Assembly (NCBI GenBank): GCA_900128395.1
Contig: LT649245.1
Coordinates: forward strand, 1 to 64,000
From: Stramenopiles sp. TOSAG23-2
Lineage: Eukaryota
Reading direction: 5' to 3'
DNA: 64,000 nucleotides
The notes under the pieces are model-generated. The model saw only the letters and a list, made by a program, of their open reading frames with translations. It had not been told where the DNA came from and searched no databases. Both the position numbers and the translations under genes were made by a program. This document shows, piece by piece, positions 49,225-62,432 of this stretch; position 1 is the first letter of the stretch; every line of letters begins with the position of its first letter.

Positions 49225-50551
49225 TCATTCCATTGAAACGATAAAAAGAACTTGATTGACATTTAATAATTTCATATAATGAGTTGTTAGAAATCTTAGA
49301 TGATGATTCTTCTTCATCATTATCTTCTCCTCCATGTAGTTCTTCAATATTATTATTATCACCCTTCTCCTCCTCCTCCTCCTCTAATCGACCAAGCAAT
49401 GCTATAATTGCATTTAATGTTTTTTGATGTGGATCTAAAAAAATAAAAAGACTATTACTTGTTGCACGTTTTATAATTTCTGGTAATAATTCAAATTGAC
49501 ATGCATTTGTTTCAAATACTACATATGAAAATATAAATAGATCAACATTGTTTACATGGTTTAATAAATCTTCGTTTATTTTATCACTTACATTACGTTT
49601 TAAATCACATTGTCGATATTCCATATTTATTTTAATTTTCTTATTCATATCATTGTCATTACCATCATTATTTGTCATTCCTGTTTTTTGTTGACATATT
49701 ATTGTTGTTTGTTTACAATTTTCATGTAATGTTTTAATATTTTTAATAGTTTCGACAAATGTATTATTATTATTATTATTTTCAAAAATTTCATCAAGTA
49801 ATGTAATAGATGTATTCCAACTTGTACTAAAATCATATGATATAGCATTAATACATTGAATATTTTCAATAAATGATGCAATAAATAAAATTGCACCAAT
49901 TAAATCATTTCCACATGCGCCACCAATTGATGCGATATTTAATTTCGATTTATTAAAAATATTATTATTATTATGATTATTATTATTAAAATCAATTCCT
50001 ACTATATTCTTGTTGTTCAAAGGAGATTTTGTTATATATTTATAAAGTGATGGTGCATTTTTTTCAATCTCTTTACGTCTTTCTGTATCTATCATGATAT
50101 ATAATAATACAAGAAACGTACTTTCTATTCGAGTTTCAAATTTATCAAAAATATATGCATCTGTTGCTTTTTTAACTTCTTCTTCTTTTACATCTACTAT
50201 TGAAATTTGATTAAAAAATTTTACTAAATCTTGATCTTGTACTATATCATTATTATTATTATTATTATCATTATTAATACTAATATTTGGAAAATGTTTT
50301 TCTAATCTTGATTTCAAAAACGACCACATCGCAACACTAGCATACGAAGATATATGGTCTATATTTACAATTGCAGTAGAGCTATGGTTATTTCCCTGCT
50401 TTTTTACATTTAATAATATTGTCTTTGCCATTTCATATTTTTCATTTCTTTTAAATTGTGTTTTTTTATTTTTTAATCTTCTTTTAATTAATTTTTTATA
50501 TGTATGGGGTTTCCCAACCTTTGGTTTTTTATTACTAGCTACTACTAACAT
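49220..50551 (-). CDS. Class I SAM-dependent methyltransferase-like protein, 3' end replaced by the palindrome arm
   Basis: LNIASIGGACGNDL (motif I-like), VDLFIFSYVVFE and SLFIFLDP. The ORF runs into the inverted PDI copy at about 49220. Confidence 0.65.
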
Positions 50552-50879
50552 TGTTGTTATTATTGTTATTATTATTATTATTAGTCGATGAATTTAATGA
50601 CGATGATGAAATTGTTGTTTGATTCTTATTTTTTCTATACATCTATGTGTGAAAGATGGTGCTGATTTGTATCTACTATTACTATCTTTCTATATGTTCT
50701 TGTTATATATCTTAAAAATGAATTAGAATGAAAAAATGATGAAAAAATAAAAAAACACAAATAATAAAAGAAGATACATATATATCGTGTAAGATAATAA
50801 TACAACCTTTTCAGATATATATATATAACCATATCATTGAGAAAAATTATCAACAGACACATATTAACAAACTCAAACC

Positions 50880-51183
50880 ATGCCGAGGAAAAATAAAAGA
50901 AAAAAAAAGAAAAATAATTCTATTGCAAGTTCGTTGGTTGCATCCATGAAGAATGGTACACTTGGTAATGATGATTTATTTGCTAATATTCAAAAACAAA
51001 TTAATGTTCAAGTAACAGAAGAAGAAGAAGCAAGAGAAGAAGATAAAAATAAAGAACAAACACCAGTTAAAGCTGGTGAAATAGACGATAATAATAATAA
51101 TAATAAACTTGTGATAACATCATCAGATGACAATAATGATAATAAGAAACCTATTATACATACACCACAAGGAAAGGAAGATC

Positions 51184-51231
<48 letters not shown>

Positions 51232-52022
51232 TAAATAATAATGTTATTATTGATGGTAAAAATGCGAAAGAAGTAAACAACAATAATAATAATATTACGT
51301 CAGAAGATTTTAGAACATATCAACAACAAGTAGGATTATTAAAAATAGACATTGATACGAATCATACAGAAATGAAATCAAGTAATAGCTATATTAACAA
51401 CAAAAGTAATTATGAATCATCAATTGATATAGATGAATCCAATATAATATTAAAAAATGATGAAAATAAAGAACGTGTAAAAAATAGAATACGTCAAAAA
51501 TTAATTCAAAGATCGAAAATATCAGATAGGGATATATCTTTTAAATTACAACATAATATTGGTGAATTATTAGGAAATTATGATTTAATCTCATTGGAAG
51601 TTCAAAAACATTTAGAAAGTGAAAATGAACAATCATTATATGCATATTGTAATTATGATATGAGTGATGAATATGTACGTAAATATACATATAAACAAGA
51701 ACAAATACAAAAACAGAAAGAAGATAAAAAAAAAAGGAAGAAGAATGAAGATATTAATAAGAAGAATATACAACAACATCATATGACTGATGTAAATTAT
51801 TTCAAAAATAAAAAGAATAATAATAATAATAGAAAGAAGAAAGAGGAAATTAATATTACAAATATTTTAAATAAACAAAATAAACAACGTTTATATGCTT
51901 CACGACAACGATTAAATGAACTTGAATTAAAATTAGAAATGAGAGAAGCAGCTGAAAGGCAAGTCCGTAAAGCACAATTAGCACGATTTTTAGCTCGTAG
52001 AACTGGTAGTAAATTAAAATAA
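50880..52022 (+). CDS. Hypothetical Asn/Lys-rich coiled-coil protein
   Basis: 380-aa ORF, low complexity, basic NLS-like N-terminus. Confidence 0.7.
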
Positions 52023-53586
52023 ATATATATATATACACTTCGATATATGTTTTGTTAACCGAGAGAGAGAGAGAGAGAGAGTAAAGCACAATTAGCACGA
52101 TTTTTAGCTCGTAGAACTGGTAGTAAATTAAAATAAATATATATATATACACTTCGATATATGTTTTGTTAACCGAGAGAGAGAGAGAGAGAGAGTTTGA
52201 AGAAGAAAAAAACGAAAATTCTAATCAACAACGATGATGAAAATGTTTGATATGTTTTTCCATTGAATAATTAAAAATATATATCCACATTTATATTCAA
52301 GTTTATACCGACCAGGTACATACCTGTAGTAAATATTGTCTCCCATTATTATTACATCCACCACACAAATATTAATTATAGATACAATGTCCATCAGTTG
52401 TGTTGTAGAAAAAGAAAAATTCAACAACAAACATACAATTATAAAATATATTATACTGTATACTATATTATCAGTATAGAAAGAAAGAAAATAAATATAT
52501 AAATATACATATATTATATTAAATTATATATATATACATACATACATACATACCATTATTTTATATATTATATTATCAGTATAGAAAGAAAGAAAATAAA
52601 TATATAAATATACATATATTATATTAAATTATATATATATACATACATACATACATACCATTATTTTATATATTATAGATATATTATAGATATAATAAAA
52701 ACATGGACGCATATCTTTCACCAGAAGCTTTAATCATGTTTGCAGCAGGTGTATCTGTTGGTTATTTATTATTAAATAAAAATAGTAATAACAAGAACAA
52801 AGGTATTGTTGATTATTCTCCTAATGGTGAGATTGCAAAGCGCATTGCGAGTGTAACACCATACTTTCCATTTAAAGGTATACCACGATTTTATGATATC
52901 GGTGGGTTTTTAAAAGACCCAGAAGCATTTCAACTAGCAATTGATGTATTTGTGGAAAGATATCGTGGAAAAGATATTGATTCTATTTGTGGTTTTGATG
53001 CACGTGGTTTTGTTTTAGGCCCACCAATTGCATTAGCATTGAAAAAACCATTTTTCATGCTACGAAAAAAGGGTAAAATGCCAAATGCCATCTCTGGAAC
53101 GGAATATGGTAAAGAATATGCTGGACGTGATATATTGACCATACCACGTGGTGCAGTGAAAAAAGGTGACAGAGTTTTATTGATTGATGATTTAGTTGCT
53201 ACTGGCGGTACATTATGTGCAGGTCTTGAATTGGTGAAAAAATTAGGTGGTGTAGCAGTTGAATGTGCAACTGTTGTGGAAATTAAATTTTTAAATGCTC
53301 GTAAAAAATTTGATGATGAAGGACATAAAGATGTACCTATATGGGCATTAATGGATGAAAACATTTTAACATTGGATGGATTGAAAGATCCAACTATTGA
53401 TAGTGCGAATTATACTGATGATGGGGAAGCACATTAAAATATTTTTTTGTATAATATTTTTAAATAAATAAAGAATTTCCAGGGGAAAGATCCAACTATT
53501 GATAGTGCGAATTATACTGATGATGGGGAAGCACATTAAAATATTTTTTTGTATAATATTTTTAAATAAATAAAGAATTTCCAGGG
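51967..53586. repeat. Three tandem duplications (114 bp at 51967, 105 bp at 52464, 102 bp at 53383; probable artefacts)
   Basis: Each block is immediately repeated. Confidence 0.93.
52703..53437 (+). CDS. APRT: Adenine phosphoribosyltransferase with hydrophobic N-terminal extension
   Basis: FPFKGIPRFYDI, GFDARGF, LRKKGKMP and the PRPP-binding motif VLLIDDLVATGGT. Confidence 0.95.
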   Translation: MDAYLSPEALIMFAAGVSVGYLLLNKNSNNKNKGIVDYSPNGEIAKRIASVTPYFPFKGIPRFYDIGGFLKDPEAFQLAIDVFVERYRGKDIDSICGFDARGFVLGPPIALALKKPFFMLRKKGKMPNAISGTEYGKEYAGRDILTIPRGAVKKGDRVLLIDDLVATGGTLCAGLELVKKLGGVAVECATVVEIKFLNARKKFDDEGHKDVPIWALMDENILTLDGLKDPTIDSANYTDDGEAH

Positions 53587-53965
53587 GGGGGTGATTAAAA
53601 GTTTTTTTTAAAAATGCGCACTTTTGTTAAATTGTACGAAAGTTAGATGCTAAAAAAATATGATGAGAGTATGTATATTTCTTTATTGAAAAAATGTACT
53701 TACGTAAAAAGTATGATATAATAATTAAAATATATACATATGTGAGTAAGAGAACATTTTATATATGATGTGCGTGTAAATATTGATATATGTGTTTTTC
53801 TCTTACTCATATATCAATATATATATATTTTTAATTTTAATATTAATTATATCGGATGGTTAAAATCTAAAGTTAAATAATAATTTTTACACTTCACGTG
53901 TTAAGTAATTAATATATTATATACTATATGCATACGCTTCGTATTTTTTTTAGCGGGACCCTCAA

Positions 53966-56900
53966 TCACACACATCCATCTTCTTTTGCAAGTTGATAGA
54001 AAGAACTTTCTTTATTTTCTAATAATTTTTTTGGTTCATCATACTCATCAATTTGACCATTGTTCAATAATAAAATTTTGTCACTATCAATTATTGTATT
54101 GATACGATGCGCAATTGTCAATGTAGTGCAATTCTTAAAACTTGTACGAAAAACCATTTGTACTGCTTTGTCGCTTTCTTCATCTAATTTACTTGTAGCT
54201 TCATCTAATAATAAAATTCGAGGTTTTCGAAGTATGGCTCTAGCTATGCACACCAACTGTTTCTCACCAGCAGAAAAATTTTCTCCACCAAGCTTTACCA
54301 TAGACATTATACCATTTTCCATTGAATTTATTTTTTTATATAGACGACATTGTTTTAATGCATTCCATATTTCTTCATCTGAACTTTGATCAAATGGGTC
54401 TAAATTCTTGCGTACATTTAAAGTAAATAATACAGGATCTTGTGGTATGATTGCAATATTGCTTCTCAGTGTATTCAATGGTAATTTCGCAATATCAATA
54501 TCGTCTATAAGAATTGATCCAGCTTCATATGTTAAAATTCGAAGTAAGGACAACATTAGCGTTGACTTGCCGCTGCCGGTTCGCCCACACACACCAATAC
54601 TTTGACCTGCATCAATTGTTAAACTTAAGTCTTTTAATATCAATGGCAAATCAGTAGCATACCGTATTGATAATTTTGAGATAATAATTTTCCCATGCAT
54701 TGGCCATTCCTTTGTGGCTACTTCACCAATGTTACCACTGCTACCTTTGTAGTCCTCTCCCTCAAGCTCACAATATTCTTTTATACGATCAACATGATTC
54801 ATGTAATTTTGATGCCATCTAACAATTATAATAACGAACCGCATTATCAACTCCCGCAAGATTATGCATGTATAAAATACAAACGATGCTGAATTTGGCT
54901 CCATTTCCAAAACCGAGCCCTTAGTAATGATTACAAAAAAAGCGAATAGACCTATAAAATTATTTGTAATTATATTCAAACGCAAATATGTATAAAGTTG
55001 TGTTAATTCTATACAGTATTGTACATTAAGAAACGATGTTAGTCGCATATCATTGCGATGATTGAATTGGTCAAAAAAACCATAAGCGCGAATACTTCTA
55101 ATCCCGTGCATGTCTTCTGTAAAGGACGAGATTAACGGGCTTTTTGTTATCTCGATAAATCGATTCAATTGAATCATCAATTTTTGATACAATTTATTAA
55201 TGTAATATAACGCGTATATAATAGGAATAGCAAGAAGTATCCCAATACCAAAGGTAGCGATCACCATGTAAAGCACTATATAAAATATTATCAAAATCAA
55301 ACTATAATAGTGTGTGATGCCGTGTATACCATTAGGAAAGTCTATATAAGGCAAATCATTTTGAAATCTATTGATTGATGTACCTATTTTAAATATGATT
55401 TATTTTTATTATACCATTAAGTTAGTCTATATGCTTGAAAAGCTATATTATAATATCATATATAGAGAAGCCAAAGCTCAAACTTACCCATTGTAGTAGT
55501 ATCAAAAAATCGCATTTTAGCAGCTAAAACTGATTTCAACATCTTTCGATGAAATTGTCTTGAAAGTCTCAAAGGTATCACCACAAACTGGAAAATATTA
55601 GATAAACTAGCTGATATGCAATATACCACAAAAACCGAAAAGTATAGAGAGGCAGAGTTTTTATGAAGCGTCATATCTGCTTTCGTAGTATTAACCCAAT
55701 CAGCAATATAACAACGTGTAGTTGTATTATCAATACGCTCGCTACATATTTTTACCGCATTTGTGGTATTATAATATTCTTCTATGTTGTCTATATCTTT
55801 TTTTTCCTGGCATTCTTCTGTACATTCACTTTGTATACATTTTTCCCAGCATATTTCATTATCAGGATTTAGTTTACTAATATTTAAGTTATCAAATGGT
55901 TTTTTTCCTTGTTTTCTACATGTTGCCAAATTGTGTGATCCCCAGTCTACAAGAACAAGGTTCATTCCCATATAATCTAATAATATAATTATTGTGATAA
56001 GAAACAATACAAAAGTCATGAAGCCTTTCCCTGAATTTTTAAATAAAAACCAATACACAGAACTGTCGACAGTATCGCCTTTTACTTTCTCTTTTTTAAT
56101 AACTTTGACTTCTTTATCACTTTCCATTTCATTTGCGATTAAATCATAAGTGCTTTCTTTCTTTTCAATCAATTTAGGATTGCTACTGTTTTTTTCATTA
56201 AGCAATGATATATTATTATTATCGTTTTCATCATTTGCTCTATTCGTTTTTTCTACTTTTCCTTTTTTATTCACATTTTCATCCTCCTCATCAAATATAT
56301 TAAAATTCACACCTTCTTCTTTTAATTCATCGAATGTTCCAACGTGTTGAATAGTACCTTCATCCATAATCACTATTTTATCAAAGTGCTGTAAATATTG
56401 AGAAGAGTGTGTTACTAAAATTTTTGTTTTATCTTTTAAATATTCCAGAAAACAATTTTGAAAAATATGTTGTCCAACTTCAGCATCAACCGCGCTCAAA
56501 ATACCATCGAAAAGATATAAGTCGCGATTATTTTTATAAATAGCACGTGCCAATGCCACTCTTGCCTTTTGTCCTCCAGATAAATTAATACCACGTTCAC
56601 CAATTTCAGCTAGATCTCCACCTTCTATCACTTCTAAATCAGGTCTTAAACATGCTAAATCAATTACATGTTCATATTTTTCTTTATCGTATTTGGAACC
56701 AAAAAGAATATTGTTTTTTATAGTTGCATTGAATACCCACGGATCTTGAGACGCGTATGAAATAGAACCACGTACAGAATATATGGAATCAGGAGATTCG
56801 TTTTGGTAATTTGTTTCTTGCAAGATGGACATTAGCAATGATGTTTTCCCACATCCTACTAAACCAATTATAGCTACAAATTCTCCTTCGTCAACTGTTA

Positions 56901-58386
56901 CATTTATATTTTGTAACTTGAAGCCATGATTAATAGGTACAGTAACTATATCGCCTTCTTTTTGTCCTTCTTCGACAAGTACTTCAATTTTACGTCCATC
57001 GGTTAATGGATATTCAATTGTCTTTCCAACAGTAACACCAGCTGGTAAAGTCACTTTGTGAAGCGTTGTTGTTTGGTTGGCATTTGTACCCCAAGAGAAA
57101 CTTCCTTTTCTTATTTCAATTACCGGTTTACCATTTATCATCTCATTGTATATTTTTTTGTCTCTTGACTTTGTTGCTAACAATTTGGAAAGCCTTTGAA
57201 TAGCTATTCCGCCATTAATAGCGCCAAAAACAATAGTTGGAAAAATTCTTAAACTTTCCAAAAATAATTTCAAAAAAGCCAAACTTGTGAATCCCGTGCT
57301 AGGCAAGATAGCTCTTCCACATTCTATTGCACTTACGAGAAACATTTCTACTTTTATATACTGTTGAAGAAATCCTGCCATTATAATTGTTTGTAATACA
57401 TTTAATATATTCAAATTCCTTAGAGAATTATATTCGAATTTTCTAAACTTACTTGTCTCTTTTGCCATTGGTTCTTCCCAATTGTAAAATTTTATTATTC
57501 TTATCGAGCGTAAAATTTCTGAAAACCATGTAATTCGTTTATCTTTTCGACTATTATATTTTGTTATGACTGAACTTTGCATAAATAATATGGGCCACAA
57601 AGGTATGCCAGCTAACACCACTAACCACCCTAAAGAGTATACGCTTCTATAGCCAAGATTTCCTCCCAATAGCCCCATAGTGGCAACTGGAGTTAAAAAT
57701 GTATAAATTTCTGGCAAAACCATCATAAAATTAATCGAATCTCGCACATCTCCTTGGTTGTTATTTACCAACTTTCCAATTTCAAATCTTGACTTATCAT
57801 CATTTGATAGTTGCATTGCCTTTTGATAAACTAACGATTTTAATGCACCGGTTAATTCCAGCCTAAGTGTATGTCGAAACTGGTATAATACAGATTGAAC
57901 AGTCGCTTGTATTAGTGGCATTACAAATAATATGATCAAATAGATCCATATATTGTCATCCTCTGTGCTACCTTCGATTATTTCAAGTAACATTTGAATA
58001 ATGATTACATATCCAATGTCGAAAATAATATTAATTATTTCCAATAAATGAAGTGATAAATACTTCAAACCACCATATCGACACAAAACACAATATGTAA
58101 ATGAACAAAAACCCCAGCGTCTTGACTCTCCAACATACCGTTTAATTATCTCGTAGTTGCTTGCTATATCACCTATATCAAACGTTATTGGCAAGTCTTT
58201 TTGTTCTAATTGACGTTCTCTTCCTTTTTTAAACAAAGGGTACACCCAATTTAACGATAAAAAGTTATAACAATTTTTCTTTTCTTTGTATTGTATGTAT
58301 TTACCATTCTTATTATTATCATTTTCCTCCACAATAATTTTTTCAATTGGCACAATATTCGATGAATTTACATTCGATGGTGCCAT
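53966..58386 (-). CDS. ABCC/MRP-family ABC transporter, 2 exons (intron 55384-55487)
   Basis: NBD1 GLVGCGKT and GINLSGGQKARVALARA; NBD2 GRTGSGKS, NFSAGEKQ and LLDEAT. The splice restores FFDTTTMG|TSINRF. Confidence 0.95.
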
Positions 58387-59185
58387 TATTTTATATATAT
58401 ATATGATTAAATAATAATATTAATCTACGTCTTACAGCTATATGTTCTTTATCCATCTATAGAATATTCGTATTTCCATATTGCATATGTATAAATGTCT
58501 TCTTATGCCTGGTATACATGTATGGCCTGATGATATGCTCTAGTGCTCTAGTGTGGGTTTGCCAGTTTGCTGTTCGCAATTTCAAAACCATGTGGTCCAT
58601 CGTATTCACCTGCTATAGCCTTATAGGTAGATACTACTAAATGCGGAACAATGGGACCGAAATCGAACGAAATTTTATTTCCGAATTATTTCAATTATTT
58701 CATAAATTATATAAAATATTGTGTTATAAATATATATTTGGATAAATTTCGGAACATAATTTCGAACCCTATTATTCAACTCTGATATAACGCTATTCCT
58801 ATGCTAATATTTTTATCTTCCGTAAATTAAAGTGATTTAAATACTTGTATACGCATTTATTGAATTTATTAAAGTGCTCGACCAAGTCGAGCAAAACCGA
58901 TAAAATAAACACTCTGATAACGACAATACAAAAACATTTAGATTGATTAAACAATGTGATTTACAACTTTATGAAGGAGTAGCTCTTTCGTCTAACTCTG
59001 AATCACAGACAGAGGAACAATGTTTTGAATTATACTAAATAATTTTTACTAAACTTTATTGATGAAATATTATTAAAAGATATTTTCAAAGCATTTGAGG
59101 TGATTTAAATGATTAATTTATTTATAATAATCTTATTATATATAAAAAATTGAAATTATTACAGAATTGTAACGTTTTAATATTT

Positions 59186-59647
59186 ATGACTAATAAAAGT
59201 GAATTATCAAAAAATATACCTACAGGTTGTTCATTAAATGAGCACAGACCTTTTTACGCAACTATAGATTCTTATGGTGGAGACTCAAATAAACTACCCA
59301 CTTGTAAACTTCGTTGTGTTTGTATCTATCGTAAAGATAAACAACATGTAATGATAAGTGATCATATGTGGATTGATGGAAAAGATGCTGAAATAATAAT
59401 GTCTTTGACACCAACCGATGATAAACCTATTGCAATGGTTAAATTTGGTAAGACTTTTCGACCTAAACGTGGGACAAAGATTTTTATTGTTGCAAAGTGC
59501 AAGTTTTATTCTGAAGGAAAAGCAAAATTATGTAATTTTCAGAGAGTTGAACCATTAGCTTTTATAGATGATAATAAACAGGTTATATATTGGAAAGATG
59601 GTATGCCAAAAGATTGTGATAGTGCTCTTTGGCACGGAGGACAATAG
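59186..59647 (+). CDS. Orphan 153-aa beta-rich protein
   Basis: Open ORF in very AT-rich DNA. The pattern PTCKL..V...ISDHMW...GTKIFIVAKCKFY recalls prokaryotic/phage hypothetical proteins (unverified). Confidence 0.55.
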   Translation: MTNKSELSKNIPTGCSLNEHRPFYATIDSYGGDSNKLPTCKLRCVCIYRKDKQHVMISDHMWIDGKDAEIIMSLTPTDDKPIAMVKFGKTFRPKRGTKIFIVAKCKFYSEGKAKLCNFQRVEPLAFIDDNKQVIYWKDGMPKDCDSALWHGGQ

Positions 59648-59701
59648 TTTTTAATACTAATATTTACATAAAAAAATTATTTTATATACTAGGCTGATTT
59701 C

Positions 59702-60028
59702 CTAATATCCAATTATTTCATTTGCACTAGTGTTTTCATTATTAGCTTGATAATTAATACACATGACTAATCTTGGAGTAGTATTTTGACATTTAGAATT
59801 ACCATGAGCTACTCCACAATTCCACATTATTAATCTATACCAAATGTGCAAATTTCGATTTTACATCAACTCTTTCTAAGTTTAGTTCAGTTGCAATGAT
59901 TTAGTTATGACTCGTAGTAAGTATGGTTTTACATATACTAATGCAACCATTTTCGTATATCAAATTAGAAAATTTTCAACCCCATTATATACCTTAATTT
60001 CTACAGCTGAAATAATTCCTTGAAGAAA
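59702..60028 (-). pseudogene. Degraded PhyH-like 2OG-Fe(II) dioxygenase fragment
   Basis: Fragments in different frames, separated by stops and frameshifts: FLQGIISAVEIKVYNG, LNLERVDVK and RLIMWNCGVAHGNSKCQNTTPRLVMCINY. Confidence 0.5.
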
Positions 60029-60040
60029 TATTATATAATA

Positions 60041-60176
60041 AAAGATAAATATGATTATAAAAGATAAATATGATTATAAAAGATAAATATGANNNNNNNN
60101 NNNNNNNNNNNNNNNNNNNNNNAAAGATAAATATGATTATAAAAGATAAATATGATTATAAAAGATAAATATGATT
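60041..60176. repeat. 19-bp minisatellite (AAAGATAAATATGATTATA) spanning a 30-N scaffold gap
   Basis: About three copies on each side of the Ns at 60093-60122. Confidence 0.95.
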
Positions 60177-60248
60177 AACGACTATCTAAGGAAAGCGAAT
60201 AACAAAAAATATATATTCCCAGGCATTTTTGTTATTTTTGTAATTGGC

Positions 60249-62432
60249 ATGTCCTCTTTCGCCTCTCAGGAAAGTTTACCACAGCTGCTATCCTCGTTAA
60301 GCCAAAATCAGGTTGAAGCATTGCAACAGTTTCATACATATATATCAGGGACAGATGCTTATGTATATCCTGATGTAATGAGAGAACACCCAATAAGATT
60401 CTGCTTAAGATACCTGCGGGCAGATGACTTCAACGTTAAGCAAGCGACTGAACGGTATCGAGAGTATGTACAACTAGCTAAGGACTTCAATTTTAGAAAC
60501 GTTGCAGAGTCCATAGAAAATGAGTACAAGGAAAATGGTCCAATGTTTGTTTGCGGTCATGATGTAACGGGAAACATTGTAATTGTATGCAGACCCTGCT
60601 CCCACTTACCAAAAACATCAAAGGATTCAGAAAAAGCAGCTGTCCGGTGTATTTATACCATGCAGTTATGCGCCGATCGAATGGCGCCAGGCCACGAGCG
60701 CGCAACGATGATTTATGATGCAGGCGGTGTGACATCTGCGAATTGGGATATGGATTTTGTAAAGAAAATTTCCAAAATGCTTGGAACCTGCTTTCCTGAA
60801 CGTATTGGAAGAATCTTAATGTGCAACAATGGATTTTTAGTTTCAAGTCTTTGGAAAATAGTCAAAACTTTTCTTGACCCTGTTACTGCTGCTAAAATTG
60901 TATTCTGTGGCAAAAATTTCGAGGAAAATCTGGTGCCCTTGCTTCCGCCGAAACATCCTTATTTAGAATATTTGATCAGTAAGCGAGATGCAAAAAAACG
61001 GCAGGGCAAAACAGGGATAAAATTACCGAAGAGTGACGGATACATCGCGATTTGGAAACAGTCTGTAAAATCAGATTACGAGGACCTCCAGTCGTGGAGT
61101 ACTTTTGATACCTTAAAATTGGTTAACGACGCGCGCTGCATCAAGAACTTAATGCCACCACCAACAACAACAGAAAAACAGACGGACCATCGTGATCAGG
61201 ACGGGGATTTACATAGATCAAGCAATAAAGAGGCAGACGACAGGTTTGTTGAAGGTAATAGTGGCACAGATGGCGGCGTTGATACAGGCGAGAAAGATAG
61301 CAGAAACAATTTACTTGGGGATGGAAATAGACCAAGCAATAAAAGGGCAGACGACAGGTTTGTTGAAGGTAGTGGCACAGATAACGTTGATATAGACGGG
61401 AAAAATAGCAGAAACAATTCACTTTGGGATGAAAACACCGTGACAGATTCCGAAGAAGATGGGCAAAGTGAGAGTACCAAGTGCATTAGCAAAAACTACA
61501 ATAGCTTGAGTTTATATGAAAAAGATAGCAGCTCTATTTATGCCGTTGCGACGCAGTTGTACCGTGTATTGGAAATTAAAGACCGTACATATCATTTCAG
61601 AACATACAAGTCATGTTTCTTGGGAAGCGACTGCGTTGCTTTCATCATCGCCTTGGGACTTGCCCGCACGATAGAACAGGCGGAAGCCTTGGGAAATAGC
61701 TTGATTTCCAAGCGTTTAATTCAGCATGTGACCAATGAGCATGGTCTAAAAAATGCTTATTTGTTTTACCACTTTTTGGATTTTGAACCAGATGAAAATG
61801 AAGAAGTTGCTGAAAAGGGCATGTTGATGATTCATCCAATGCTGCCAAAGTACTTGGAATCAGTTGGTCTTTTGGGAACTGCTAGTAGAAGTAAAAGTAC
61901 TACGGTCAACCGTGTGGTTGGTCAATTATATAAGAGGGGAAATGGCAGGGTACGATGGAACCAACGTCACATTATTATCCAAGGTCATATATTTTTGTGG
62001 AAGGAAGATATTTCATCGGAAGTTTTCAAGGGGAAAATCTCGTTGAAGGACTACATTTGCAAGGCTTGCAAAAGTCGACTGACGTCAAATATTTTTTTTG
62101 CTTTCAAGCTGGTAGATGTTCACCAAAACTGTTTGTATTTTGGTTCAAGCAACGAAGCGGAAATGCTCAACTGGATGAACAAAATCCAAGCGATCCAAGC
62201 AACATATGTCTCGGAAGTTTTGAATAATGTGAACAATGCCTTTGCAGAAATCGTACATAAGTTTAATTCTAATTATCAATTAAACTCAGAAACGAACAAG
62301 TTGATGAAAGATCCCGTGACAATTGCATCGTTAGTATCTTCGTTTAGAGCTCTTTCTCAACGCAGTGCCTCTTCCTATCTCGTAGATATTGACTTTGACA
62401 ATACTGAGCTAGAGGAAGAAGTGTTGCTATGA
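60249..62432 (+). CDS. CRAL-TRIO (Sec14-like) + DEP + PH domain protein
   Basis: CRAL-TRIO: CLRYLRADDFNV...TCFPERIG...WKIVKTFLDPVTAAKIVF. DEP: IKDRTYHFRTYKSCFLGSD...LFYHF. PH: GQLYKRG...WNQRHIII...EMLNWMNKI. The track start at 60171 lies inside the minisatellite, so 60249 is preferred. Confidence 0.88.
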   Translation: MSSFASQESLPQLLSSLSQNQVEALQQFHTYISGTDAYVYPDVMREHPIRFCLRYLRADDFNVKQATERYREYVQLAKDFNFRNVAESIENEYKENGPMFVCGHDVTGNIVIVCRPCSHLPKTSKDSEKAAVRCIYTMQLCADRMAPGHERATMIYDAGGVTSANWDMDFVKKISKMLGTCFPERIGRILMCNNGFLVSSLWKIVKTFLDPVTAAKIVFCGKNFEENLVPLLPPKHPYLEYLISKRDAKKRQGKTGIKLPKSDGYIAIWKQSVKSDYEDLQSWSTFDTLKLVNDARCIKNLMPPPTTTEKQTDHRDQDGDLHRSSNKEADDRFVEGNSGTDGGVDTGEKDSRNNLLGDGNRPSNKRADDRFVEGSGTDNVDIDGKNSRNNSLWDENTVTDSEEDGQSESTKCISKNYNSLSLYEKDSSSIYAVATQLYRVLEIKDRTYHFRTYKSCFLGSDCVAFIIALGLARTIEQAEALGNSLISKRLIQHVTNEHGLKNAYLFYHFLDFEPDENEEVAEKGMLMIHPMLPKYLESVGLLGTASRSKSTTVNRVVGQLYKRGNGRVRWNQRHIIIQGHIFLWKEDISSEVFKGKISLKDYICKACKSRLTSNIFFAFKLVDVHQNCLYFGSSNEAEMLNWMNKIQAIQATYVSEVLNNVNNAFAEIVHKFNSNYQLNSETNKLMKDPVTIASLVSSFRALSQRSASSYLVDIDFDNTELEEEVLL

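Noticed and set aside
48709-49236. Second PDI gene on the plus strand
   Set aside because: It is the mirror arm of the palindrome: nucleotide-identical, truncated and without its own promoter.
51184-51242. (AAT)n, (GT)n and (GA)n tracts as special elements
   Set aside because: Ordinary microsatellites and poly-Asn runs typical of AT-rich protist genomes.
60041-60176. CRISPR array or telomere
   Set aside because: Contiguous identical 19-mers without spacers, no cas genes, internal position and a non-telomeric unit.
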